Part shown: positions 1 through 12,200 of the stretch, in pieces
Numbering within the stretch: the first letter of the stretch is position 1
Layout: each line of letters begins with the position of its first letter
Assembly (NCBI GenBank): GCA_905178155.1
Contig: CAJINV010000003.1
Location: 3,541,620-3,605,619 of the forward strand
Reading direction: 5' to 3'
Origin: Amoebophrya sp. A120
Taxonomy: Eukaryota; Protista; Dinoflagellata
Length of the DNA: 64,000 nucleotides
Made by a program: the position numbers and the translations under genes
Notes under the pieces: model-generated
What the model was told of the DNA's origin: nothing
The model's input: the letters and a program-made list of their open reading frames with translations, nothing else
Database searches by the model: none

Positions 1-641
1 CCTGCAGCTCAAACAACGAGCAACATCGGCTCTGTCAACTTATCCCCCGCGTTCCCGATGCTGGTCGGGCGGTAAAAATTTTGCAGGAACCGCGCCGCGC
101 CTTGCCTGGTGTGCTTGTAGAAAAGCGCCGCCATGTAGTCCTGTGTCCGCGTCGGCGGGCCCTCGAAGCTGCTGGCGCTCGCGCTGGCGCGCGCGCAGAT
201 CCAAGAAGGCGCCGCGCGCGGCCGGGCGGCAGGGAGGCTGCACGAACAAGAAAGGCTGGCCAGGAGCGGAGGGCTCTTCCACCACAATAGCCGCGACTGC
301 TTCCTGCCGCTTTGCCTGCAGAGACTCCTGGGCGCCCCCCCCATCCTGCGCCCTCGGGAATTCGGCTCCCCTGCCTCCTTTCCCGATTCAGGTATGGCGT
401 TTCGGATGCGTTGCGCTTCATGCCCCAGTGGCTCCAGCAACCGCGCAGCGGCGGACCCAGAGAGACCCGACAACCCGCCGGCAGTTCTCCGCCAAATTTC
501 CTCGACGCGAAAAGGGTCGCGCTGCGCAATGGATCACGACAAGAAACTCACAAGAGCTCGCCTTTCAAATTGAGGATCCCATTGAACGCTACTGGCCGGA
601 AGTCCGCAACGTTTACACAGGGTGCTTGATGAGCCGTTGCC

Positions 642-2312
642 TCAGCGCAACAGAACACAAAGTGCCAACGCTCGGCAGAATAGATACACACCAGAAAACT
701 TGGCGCGTCTTTCAATGATCTTTCTTTGGGGAAATGTGGCGGCAGTGCTTTCTTCAATTTTGTTTTTTATGCTGCAAGTCTCCACACACAAACTCGCTGA
801 GTTCTGGATTTCTGAGCTGACAAGGTAAATCCACTCGTCCCGAGTGGCATCCAAAATTTCTTTCATGTCCTCTGCAAACTGCTTTTTTGACAACAGCGCT
901 ACTCCTTTGTGCAACAAGTAATCCACTGTCACGCCGGCAAAAACGCCAACGGGTCCGCCCGCAACAGTCGCCACGATGCCGCCAGCGCCAACACTTCCTC
1001 CGGCTGAAAGGACTTTTGTCAGGAATGGAGCAGCTAGTTTTCCGAAAAACGTTTTAGAAAGCACCGTTGTCGTCAGGCCGCTTTTGAGCACTACTGCGGT
1101 TCCCGTCCCGATAGCCTTTCCCAGAGCGACTTTCCCCAGAAGGGCGCCAGCGGTGACGATCCCGACCGTTCGGACTGGGGACTTTTCGAAGGCGGCCGGG
1201 ATCTCGCGAATCTTGCCCGTCTGGGCCTGCCAATCCAAAACCACATCGCAAGATGCAGCACCAGCAGCAGCGCTTCTTGTAGTGGTTGCACTTTTATCTC
1301 CTCCTGGGCTCGCGGTCGATGCTGTACTAGGCAAGAGCATTTGCGTACTAGCTGCGGTCGTGTCAGACGAAGCACCTCCTCCAGCAGCTTGTTCCTGCGC
1401 TTGCTGTAACAGAACGAGTTTTCGAAAGAAGATTTCCTCTACTACACTGAATTTTTCTCGCAGCTCCTCCTCCACCTGCCGGAAAATTTCGTCCTGCACC
1501 GCTCGCCGCAGCTTCACATCGACCACTTCCGGCCGCAGCACCAGAAGCTCGTACTGCTTGCGGATGTAGGACTCCAGATCCTTTTCAATGCCGGCGGAGA
1601 CCGGCGTTGACGCAGCATCAACTTCCTCGCTTCCCAGGCCGGTGACCGTTCTGGCTGCGGTGCTCACAGAATGCTTGCACGCGGAGGACAGCGCCAATGC
1701 CATCAGTGTGTAGGTCGTAGAGTATCGGAAGTACCACTCCTCGAAGCGCGGAATGCGCGGATACAAGTCTGTACGCCACAACTCCGTGAACACTTTTGCC
1801 GTCAGGGTTCTACCTTCCTCCGCAACCTGCTCAGCCGCACTCCGCAGGCCCTCTGCGCGCTCCTGCAACAGGGCTTGGTACTCCTCTCCCTCCATTTCGA
1901 CGCGGAAATCTCGTCGGAGCCTTTCGCCCCACTGCTCCGCCAGTCGGTCCATGCTCTGGAGCTGTATGCGAACCTTGGAGTGATCCGTGTTCTTGGTGCG
2001 ATCAGCCGAGTTCGCCGAGCCGGGTCCGAGTCGGCTTGCGGTGTAGTTGCGGAAAACATACAGGCCGCACGTTGTCGTGACAAAACCTGCGACTGCCAGT
2101 TTGCTACCCGTGAAAAACGACGAACGTTGATTGGTTCTACCAGGGCTTTGCGTTTGCGTTCCATTTTTCCCCGCTTCCCCGGTGAATGTCCGCACGTGGA
2201 ATATCGAGCAAATACGCTTGCGGGCTCGATCGGGCGGGTGCGGATTTGTCGATCGCCGACAATAAAATGTCGAGGACTGCAGTTTCCTGTGGAGACGCAC
2301 TCGGAGGCACAT
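642..2312 (-). CDS. Hypothetical protein, 556 aa, single ORF; C-terminal Gly/Ala-rich hydrophobic helices, possibly membrane or organelle associated
   Basis: Long ATG-initiated ORF with protein-like composition (e.g. PRFEEWYFRYSTTY, GGPVGVFAGVTVDYLL). No family recognised and the true start is uncertain. Confidence 0.7.
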   Translation of the reverse strand: MCLRVRLHRKLQSSTFYCRRSTNPHPPDRARKRICSIFHVRTFTGEAGKNGTQTQSPGRTNQRSSFFTGSKLAVAGFVTTTCGLYVFRNYTASRLGPGSANSADRTKNTDHSKVRIQLQSMDRLAEQWGERLRRDFRVEMEGEEYQALLQERAEGLRSAAEQVAEEGRTLTAKVFTELWRTDLYPRIPRFEEWYFRYSTTYTLMALALSSACKHSVSTAARTVTGLGSEEVDAASTPVSAGIEKDLESYIRKQYELLVLRPEVVDVKLRRAVQDEIFRQVEEELREKFSVVEEIFFRKLVLLQQAQEQAAGGGASSDTTAASTQMLLPSTASTASPGGDKSATTTRSAAAGAASCDVVLDWQAQTGKIREIPAAFEKSPVRTVGIVTAGALLGKVALGKAIGTGTAVVLKSGLTTTVLSKTFFGKLAAPFLTKVLSAGGSVGAGGIVATVAGGPVGVFAGVTVDYLLHKGVALLSKKQFAEDMKEILDATRDEWIYLVSSEIQNSASLCVETCSIKNKIEESTAATFPQRKIIERRAKFSGVYLFCRALALCVLLR

Positions 2313-3088
2313 CTTTGATTAATGTTTCGCGCGGCCTAAATACAGGTGAGGCATTGCATCTCGAGGATGGTCAGCACCGCAATCATTGACACTACAGGCA
2401 GGTCCCGAAATCGAAGTAGAAGATGGATATTTACACGGCAAGCTACTCATCACATCTTAAGCACTCACCGTTACATTGGGGCTAGCACTTCTCATCGGAT
2501 TCTTTATTGCCAGCTCGTCCTAGTGTCTTCAAGTGGCGCAGGCGCACTCACGTTTTATTGCAGCTACGTCCTCCCGGGAACCGACAGACACAAGCGGCAC
2601 GCTGAGATTCAAAATGAACGCCTAGGCGAGCTCCACCGCCAGCTCGACGCGATTGACTACCGATGATAGCAACCGCTCAACGGCGTTTCATCGTACTTGA
2701 CATTGATTTGCAACTAGCCACCAGCAAGCCACTCACCAAAAGCAAAACAAAGCGAAAGTTTACAGTCAATTACGAACTGCAAAAGGGCAAGTTCGATAGT
2801 ACAGTACATTGATGATACACGTGGGAAGAACGAGCATGAATGAATCTACGTAGCAAAAACAAAACTTACAGCTTCCTACGACAAACTACTTAATTTTGAC
2901 AAGAACGCAAGCACAGAATGTTTGTTTCATACATGTAGTTCTTGTGCCGTGAACAACCATGACCATCTATCTACTCTACTTGGTAGTACATTAATTTTTC
3001 TCAGTAGTACAACTCGCACTCACAGATAGTACTTACAACAGGGTCGTTTGTAATGAAAGCATGTGCTTAAAAATCGTCGTTGGACTTA

Positions 3089-4957
3089 TCACCCCATATC
3101 GCTGTCGGAATATCCTTCGAATCCGCTCGTGCCGGAGCTTAGCCTCGGCATCCCGAAACCCATGCGATTTGACGACGTTGACATACTATTCTCCCTCTCC
3201 CGGTGTGGAGGCACCCCGGAACTATTTGCCTGCGATGGTCAACATGATCATTTTTTTATGCAAGAATGCAAGGAGCACGGGTCGAATAGTAGTAGAAGAA
3301 AGATTCCACCCAATCGCAACTGAATGAATCCTATAAATATCCTTCGTCCGTTCGTACTTTTAGCAAAGGCAAGTGAATCAAGTGACTTACGTAAGATCCC
3401 GCCCGCTGCATGCGACTACTGGGTCCAGGGCTTTGCTCGCCACTGACATCGCGTCGCTTCAGATGGCTGCCCGGACGGTGATCCCCCTGCTGCTCGAAGT
3501 TATCTCCACGGTGATCGCGCAACGTGGAGTTGGATGACATAGGTCGCTCGCTTCGATGGGAACTCCGCGCACTTTGTCGTATGCTCTCTAGGGCACCAGC
3601 AGGATCGGTCGTCACATCGTGCACGCAATTCGTACATATCCGCTTCAATAATTGGTCAACCTGCAGCAAAGCATCAAATCGCGTTTTCAAACGGTTCACG
3701 TTTCTAATATCTGTAACGGCATCAAAACGTGCAAGTATGTCGCGCGCATAAAGGCAAGGAATCACTCTCATCGAGTCAACAGATTTTCATTTTCTTTCAA
3801 AGCTGCAGCGTTTCTTTGTGAAAATAAAAGTACCTGCTGTGGGGAGTTCCCTGCTTCGGCCAGAATGTCTTCTAGACTCGGAGCGAGCAAGCGGATGCGT
3901 AGCACGTCGTCGTTTTTTCCACTGTAGTTGCTACACGATATGCTGAGATCGTAGGACTCGCTTGGTCTTCCGAGTACCAGATTGAAACGCATGTTTTTCC
4001 CGCTGTTTTCCAGCCGATCCTCGCGGAGAAACACGAGGCTCTCTGAGGAGAACCCAATTTGCCGGACCTGCTTTATCACGAGGTGGTAGAAAAGTGCTGG
4101 CGTTCCTTTCTTTTCTCGTTTTTTCTCTATCAACTTCGCCTGTGCTGGCCCAATCTCGCACACCGCATATACCTGGCGTTGTACACAACGAGGGAAAAAG
4201 TTGTAAAAGTCGGCAACAGCATAGATCGATGCATGACTTTCTTCTATTTGGAAGATTAGATTTTTTGCACGCAGTGGTTGAAATTACCAACCTAGCATCT
4301 ACCTAGTAATGCCTGATCACGATGCGGCATATGCAGTTCCGCCGATTCTCTGTCTCTAACAAAAGACTGACAACGGAAATTTCGCGTCGCATCCGGTACC
4401 TGGTCAGCCTGGTGTATGCCGAAGGAGCAAACCCGGAAGTGCGGCAGCGCGTCTGCCCCCGGCGGCTCGATTTCGAGCAGCTTTCCTAATTCTTGGCTGC
4501 AGCGCAAGTTTGGGTACAGCAGGAGCTTGTCGAAGTATGCCTGCAACTTTCGGAGGCGGCTCTGCACCTGCTGCTCCGTGTTGAAGAGTGCGTTGGACCA
4601 CACTTTGGGCGGAAACTCGGGTATGCTCTCCATGTAGGGTCCGAACTTAGCTGCGATTTGCCGATGTGCCTCCTCCATTTCGGAGTACCGTTTTTTGACC
4701 GTCCAGGACGCCAATACCACACTGCGGGACTCATGCACCTCCCCGTCCGGCCCGATCAGTGGCGGCAGGGACCGCACGACCTCGCACTTCAGCATGTAGA
4801 GGACCGGAGTGCCAAGCTTGTACCGTGTGAACGTGACTTCGAGTCCTATGTTCTCAGAGAGCTGTTCTGGGAGATCCGCTACCGTCTTTTGCGCGTCCGA
4901 CATGATAGCCGAGTTCTTAGCCGTCGAACTACTTGCACCGCCCGTGGAGAACGCCAT
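3089..4957 (-). CDS. PX (phox homology) domain protein, about 4 exons (4957-4400, 4172-~3835, ~3660-~3391, ~3229-3089)
   Basis: WTVKKRYSEMEEAH...IPEFPPKVW...SRLRKLQAYFDKLL matches the PX signature (V.RRYS.F, P.FP.K, R...L..Y). GT-AG joins such as DQ|VYAVCEIG keep the frame. Downstream exons are inferred. Confidence 0.75.
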
Positions 4958-6251
4958 GACACTATGTCTTTCTCTGTTTTCGATCTGGCTCCGCCTCGGG
5001 TTTCAGAAAATGAAATGATACATGCGAAACGAGGACCCTGACGGCGCGGGAACAAGTGCTAAGTTGTTCAAAATCGCCTCTTAATAGCCCTCATGGAGGG
5101 CCTCGGAATCGATTTTGTCTTCAATAAACATTTTCAGTCTATCGGTCTACTTGTACATCTATTTACAACTTTTGTGTCACAAGAAATATCCGGACTATGG
5201 AAAATCAAAAGTTCGAGTCTCACACCGCCAAATAACATCAGCTCTTCGCGTCGCGCTTCGATGTAGCTATCTAAAGAAGTTGGTGCCTTCCCTCATCTAG
5301 GTGCCAACATCATGTTACACATTTATTAGCGTATTTGTATTTCTGGAGTCGAGAGCGAAAGTAATTTATCCAAATAGTGACTCATCTCTTGTTTTGTGAA
5401 CAAATTGAGCAACCGTAAAATAAGCGAGAGCTCTTTTAGGAACAACATATCTATCAGGACATCTCACTCTGGGACATTTCTTCAATGAAGTATGCGATCC
5501 AAATTTTTCGCTTTATCTTCGATCCGATGTGTCTTTTTCCTCCACTCCATTCGGTGGAGACCAGCTCCCACTCGATTCTTTGTTCGAGTGCGCACACATT
5601 GGGTAAACCCAGAACAATCACGACGAGGCAGGTCTCGAGAACAAAGATCAGCATCACGATGGGGAAATACGGAAGCGTTCCAGTGCTTTCGCTTCGTTTC
5701 CATAGCTGTCCAATTCTTTACAATTGGGTCGAGCGCGATGAAGAAATCGTAATCGATGAAAAATTGCAGTGGATAGGGTCCAGATACACCCAAAAAAATA
5801 CAAATGAAGTTCCGCACAAGATTGGCGATCTTGTCGTTTTCACTATGTTTCGACGGTCGCGCAACAGCTACGTTTGTCACCGACCGTCCGTTTGAAAGAG
5901 CGATGAGTAAGCACTTCGGTTGCATCCACCTATCGGTCAAGTGTACGGCTACGGCGCATGCATCTTTACATTCAGCGCGATCCCCGTCATTCGGTCACAT
6001 ACAGCAGAGCTTTGCTGCCATAGTGGCGAGTTTCACTAGATTTCGTATGGTCGTATAAAAGGAGGTTTCTTGGAAACAACCGTGATGCAATGACTCGTTA
6101 GATGTGGATGATTCTTGTTTGATTCTTCGGATGGATGCCGACTGGCCGTTTATATTCCTATTGCGGAAAGTAGAGACCTGTCTTCTCTAATTTTTGGGCA
6201 AGGTTCGCGACGAACAGGTAGAGGTCTCTTATTTCCAGGTCGAAAGATGAT

Positions 6252-9200
6252 TTATGTCGAGGATCCCTTGCTGTCCAGCCTCTCGAGTAACCGGAGCGCC
6301 TCCTTAGCGGAGCTGAGACGCTGGTGCTCGTCGAAGTGTAACAATTTGCGGCACAAGTGGCGACTGTCCGGATCAGGAATGAACCGCGCCAGCCGACGGT
6401 CCACTTCCGGGTCGTCGCGGAGAAGGTTGTACCATTCCCAGCTGAGTTCGTGAAACAGCCGGCGCAGGCCTTCTTCAGTGCAGTCTGTGCGACTTCGCGC
6501 CGAACAAGTGGCCTTGATGTTCTCCCGCCACTTCCGCGACCAGGGCCAGTAGTTCGTGGTCTCGAGGTGGAAGAAAATGATCCCCACGGCCCACAGGTCA
6601 TTCAAGGGCGAGATCACGCGGCGCTCGCTCACCATCATTTCGGGGGCCAGGTACTCGGCGGTGCCCTGGATTGTCGCGGTGGGTGTAACTCCCGGAATGC
6701 GCCTATCCCTATCGGCGGGCAGGACCGGAAACAAAGTCGGATGCAAAAAGTACGTCGCGTTCGACGTCCTTGCTGCACTGGCCGCGTGAATCACCTGCTG
6801 CACCGCGGCAGTGGTTGCGGTGGCCAAAAGGGTCGTGGACGGCACGGATCCGACGGCCGCAGGGTTGTTCAATATCGTGGTACGAGTGAACGGTCGTGTA
6901 ATGTGTCCCTGAGCAATGTGCGAGCCGATGTCGGAGGGTCCCGGAGGCGGTGGCGGTACGTGCTGCTGCCAAGTAGATCTGTTTTGCGAAAGCACTCCTT
7001 CGCCTCCGACGACCGCAAGGGCGCTCGTCTGTGGTGCTTGCTGCGCGTGGCGGCTTCCAACTGGCGCACTCTGGAGACTACTCGCGATCGTGTTTGCCCC
7101 TCCTGTTGCTGCTGGCGCAGCCGCTCCCGCGCTGGCGTGCCGCGCTGACAAGGAGGAAGAGGCAGCTCCAGCTGCAGGCCCTGGCTGCATCCGCGTCCGC
7201 ATCGCAGCTGCTATAATGTTAGGTGGCTGCGTCTGTCGAGGAGGTTGGTGCAACGTAGTTCTTGTCCTCACCGGGTCGTCCTCATCGACACTGAAGGGCT
7301 GCTGTGGGTGATGCATATTGTGGTACGTCCGAAGCCCCTGCAGGACGGACTGGATGCGACCACGCTTCTCCCAGTAGGCAAGGGCTTCGTAGGGCGTCAC
7401 AAATTCGAAGTCGATCAGCATCGCCTCCTTCACCGAACCCGTTTCCTCGTCCACGTCCAAGACGAAATTCTGCAGCTTGACGTCGGTGTGGACGAGACCG
7501 TTCTCATGCATGTGCTGGACCGCGCTGAGGACACCCTTCATGATGCGCCTCTTCTCCTCGTGCATGTTGTTGGGTAGGGACTGCGGGCACGTACTGCTCG
7601 AGGCGGAGCCCCCACCGCCACCGCTGTCGACGAACATCGGCACCGTGCTGGTCGCGTCCATCGTGTTGACCGCCGAAAGCAGGGGCGTCGTGTGTAGTTC
7701 CTGTGTAGTTGAGCTTGCGCCGGAACCATGCGGAACAAGTGGTACGGACGAGGCAACGCTTGAAGCGAGGGGTGCAGCGGCAGAAATAGAAGACCCAGGG
7801 CCCGGACTTGGACTTGTTGCCCACACGGGCTGCTGGTGCGGCACCGAAACAAGCGGCTGAGCTGCGCTTGGAGTTACCAATGTCGGGCGTGTCATCGGGT
7901 GTAGCGGCCTGTGCTGCATGGGTGCTGGTGGCGGTTGTACTGGATCGAGAACCGAAGAACCTCCCACCTGATGCCCGGGTGGAGAGGGCCCATGGAGTGG
8001 CACCGCTGTTGGTAACGCGGCGCGATAGGCGGGGGGTAACGGACTACGGTCGAGCTGTCGAATTGGTGAGCGCGACTCGTGTCCTCTTCGGAATACCGGT
8101 AGCGTTCTCCGCACGTTCGCAGGAGCACCACCGCCTCGCAGGCCACACATTGCCAACTGTCTTGGACCACACGAGCTGCAACCGGCGGCACACATCGTGC
8201 CTGCAGTCGACATGTCGGGGCTCGGAGCGTCCGCTTGGGGCAGCACAAACGTACTACCTGGAGTTGTGGCTACTAATGCAGGGCTTGTTGCGCTTGTCCT
8301 TGTTGTGACAGCAGTTCTCAACATATTAGGATGTTGCGAATGGCGAACTGAATACGCAGCTCCTGGTGCGCTGCGAACTTGAAGCCTGGACGCGGAGGCA
8401 GCAGCCAAGCTGCTTGCTGAGGGTGGATACGTCGCAGTAGGGCTACTTGCAACAGCGGCAGAAATAAAATGGTGGTGACCACCTCCCAGTCCCCAATACG
8501 GCGTCCTACTCCTGCTATGCGCAGTAGATGTTGAAGTACCTCCTGGAACGCCCACTGTTTGCCTGCGTTGTGCGTCTGCGCCCGGGGGTGGCGACCGCGA
8601 CTGCTGCAATTGTCGCGTCGGCGTCCAGTGAGGAGCTGGCAACCCACGCTGTAGCATATAAAGCGCTTGTGGAACCGTCCCAGGAGCTGCCGCACCCGCA
8701 AGGCTGCTACTAGCTGCTTGTGCACGCACCGGCGGCCTGCTGGGCGACGTTGCAGGGGAAAGGCCCGTGCAGCTGGTCGTGGTTGTACTAGACGGACCAA
8801 GTACGACCTGTGGATGAACAGCACGCGACAAATCCTGGTCCAGTACGACCGGCGTCTGCTGCTGATGCTGCTGCTCCACGACCTGCTGTTGCGCCAGTAC
8901 ATCTTCCATGTGGCAGCTCGTGGGAGAGGAAGACGTGCGCAGTTCGACCCCTCCGCCTCCGAGCGTCGCGCTCACCCCTGCACCACCCGCGCTGGCCGAT
9001 ACGGATCCGATAGGGTGATGCACTGCAACCGCAGTTCGGGGTACCAGACCGCGGGTTCGTGCAGCTGCGACCCGTTGTCGTGATAGCCAGGTGAGCAATG
9101 TTCCACCGCGGATGTAGGGCATTTCCATGACAAACCAGTGGTTCTCGACGTCCTCGTACACGCGGTTGATCGGGACTACATTGGGGTGCGGAGGCAAATT

Positions 9201-12200
9201 CAACATCGCCGTTAAAGCGCGCCGCTTACTCGCCGAGGCCTCGACAAGCTTGAGCACTACCAGCTGTCCGGTTTCACGATCAACAGCCACACTTAAATGC
9301 TGCTGCTCGAAATCCTCAGTGTTGGAAGTGGTCGATTCGTCGTTTCCTACCTCCGCGAGATCGAGATCAGCATCGCTCGTCGCTTCGTCTTCGCGCGACA
9401 TCGTGTGGTCGTCCTCTCCGTGGTCTCGTCCAGCTGTAGTGCGCCCGCCCGTAGCGCCTGCCCGTTGTTGTTCACCGCCACTGCTAGAGAAGACTGCGTC
9501 AAGGTTGTTAGTGGCACCGTCGTTCCCCGAAGCAGATTCCATGTCGAGCGCGCTGTCAACTCGATTGTACAAATTGTCGAGGTCCACGATGTTGTCGATC
9601 CGAATGAAGCCCTTGCTCACCGCGCCTTGTTCTCGTGGTTTCTCCTGTGCCTGCTGCGATGCCTGACGTTGAGCGCTTGAGGTAGTTGTAGTACCTCCTG
9701 GTGCTGCAGCTGACGTGCTTGCGGGCAGCTGCACTGGTGAAGCAGTGTGACTGATTCGCGCAGTTGGAGGTGGATTCGCACTTTCCATGTGGTCTGCCGG
9801 AACGACGGATGACGCCTCCCCAGACGCTGAAGAGCTGAGCGCCCCGTCTTGCAGGTCGTGAAGAGGCATGATCTCCTGTGCAAATTGCACCATCGTGGTG
9901 CTGCCAGCAGGATCGAAAGACGTGGTACTTTGCATTGCCCCGTCGTCCTCGTCCTGTTGGGCAACCATTCCTGGCGTTGCAGCGGACGAGAACGAGGCCA
10001 CTGGGCTTTGTTGGGCAGGCATTGGAGTGTGCCTCGTACGCGATGCTCTTGGGCCCTCAAATGAGGACTCTGATGAAGAACCTCGCAATTGCGAGTTGTG
10101 CTTGCGGATTCGGCGTCTGCTACCGTCACTGTGGTCTTCGTGCTCCGTGGACCGCCCACGGGAGACGCGGCTTTGACTATCCTCACCCGATGACATTGTG
10201 TGCTGCTCTGCTCCACCTGCGAGTGTAGAAGTACCTTGGACAGCTGCTTCTTGGAGGGGACCTCCACTTGTCGCGAAGACTTGTTGACGGTCGAGACTAC
10301 TACCGCTACCCAGGGGGGGATCTGAAAGTGACCGCGGCCAAAGAATCGTCGCTCCTTGTTGATTATTCATATTCGGTGAAAATGATTCGTCCTCGGAAGA
10401 AAAAAGCGAAGACTCATGACGCTCGTGCTCCCGTCGAGAGGAGGGGGAGCTGGGCGAAGGAGGCTCCAGAGGCAAAGACGAAGACGCAGGGCCACCGGCA
10501 TCATTGCGCGGGCCTTGCGCTTGCGACGAGGAAGCAGTGCCCCCGCCTTCCTGCTGTTCTTGTCCTCGACCACTGTCGCGAAAAGCGCCCTCCTCCGCAC
10601 CAGCACGGCTCGACGACGCGGCTGTACTAGCTCTTGGTCTTCGGCCGCGACCCGTGCCTGTTCTGGCGCGGCGGTTTGTTCTCGCTTTCATCAACACTGC
10701 CGGTAACAATTGTGGGCCTTGCTGGGTCTGTTCCTGTGAGGAGATCTGCTGGGGATCGCGCGAGGAACACTTTGTCCTGCGGGACACTGCAGTCTCGCTG
10801 CTGCTACGTGGTTTGCTAGTACTAGCTTTGGCTCGCACGGCCCCTTTCCCTGGAAACAACTGCGTTCCGGTGGTGGTGCTGGGCACTTGTTGCGCCAGCG
10901 GCCGCGCGCCGCCTTCTTCAAGCTCCGAGCTGCGCGGGGTGCAACTGCGACACGGCTCCGGCGCGCCCACCAAAGCCAGATCTCCCCAAGCCTCGAGGAC
11001 GGAAGCCATGCTGGCCATGCGCGGTTGGTGGGGTGCACACACATTCCACGCCGGGAAAGGTTCTGTGGTGGGCACAATTGGTATCGTGGCACTGGCGCCT
11101 CGTGCAGCTGGCCCGACAATGCTAGTCCCGGCTACCGAGGCAGATGAAGTAGCAGTCGACGTGCTGCCGTTGCCGGCAGCGATCAGCGCGATTGGTGCAA
11201 CAAGTGGGCTTGCGGGGACAACTGCGTCCTCGCTCAACATAGAGGGTTGCAACGGTTGCTCCAATGGCATAAATGCAGCTCCTTCGACATTTGTTCCGCA
11301 TGATCCACTAGGCCGGGCGCTCGCCCATGGAGCCGTCGCTCCCCGTTGCTGAATGTTGCAAGATGAAACTCCAGGTCCTTGGTCACCGCTGCTCGGATCA
11401 GCTCCACCCGCTATGGTGGCGCTTCGAGCAAACATTTCTGGAAGCCCGTTCATCTGATCATCACCACTACTCTGTTCTTGCTGGTGCTGTGCGTCTACTT
11501 CCACCTCGACCTCCCTCTCATCCATACTGCTCGCAGGACTACAGGAACTCGAGCTTGAATTGCTGTCCTCCGCTGCCGCCCAAGCACAATAAGAGGGATT
11601 CGGCGCTGGTGGCAAGGCCGACTCTGAGCTTGCCGCGCTCCCGCCACCGCTTGCACCTTCCCCGGAGCTGCTCGTCCCGGCCTCCGCCAGCGACGAAGAA
11701 GAGCCGCTCGGTGTACTGCGTGCGTAAACTACCACAATTTCGCTTCTTGTGGCGAGGGCCATCATGTTTGCGAAATACGTGCACAATAAGATGTGCCCGC
11801 GTCTCACTGGGAGCCGGATCCGCTTGATGTTGTTCTCGTTTTCTCTACTGGATGAAGAGCCGTGTGGTCCGGCAGTACATCGGACGCGAGTTGGCAGCGA
11901 AGTAGTTCTGCTCATATTCCGAAGAGAATACGAACCCGCTGAAAAGAACTCTGCCAAAGAGGACGATGAAGAAGATGTTGCTGGTCGACTTGTTGCATCG
12001 GTGAGGCGTGTGGAGTGGTCAATAGTCCTTTTCAATGGCAAAGTCCGGGGTCCGGTTTGCGATGTTGATGAGCAGCAGCACGCGCTCCTGTTCTTCGTTG
12101 AGGAAATAGATGAGGCGGATTTGGCCTGTATTTTTTTCTCTTGTTCCTTGGTGTAGTTGTCGTAGTAGTTCTGGTCTACAATATAAGGAGGTCTGGACTC

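Noticed and set aside
9-473. GC-rich minus-strand ORF ending in TGA at the window edge (possible first exon, or Sec codon in LLVV-U-AA)
   Set aside because: Downstream sequence is outside the window, so no family motif, splice partner or SECIS can be assessed.
5454-6058. Short overlapping ORFs between the PX and kinase genes
   Set aside because: No recognisable motif or consistent exon chain.
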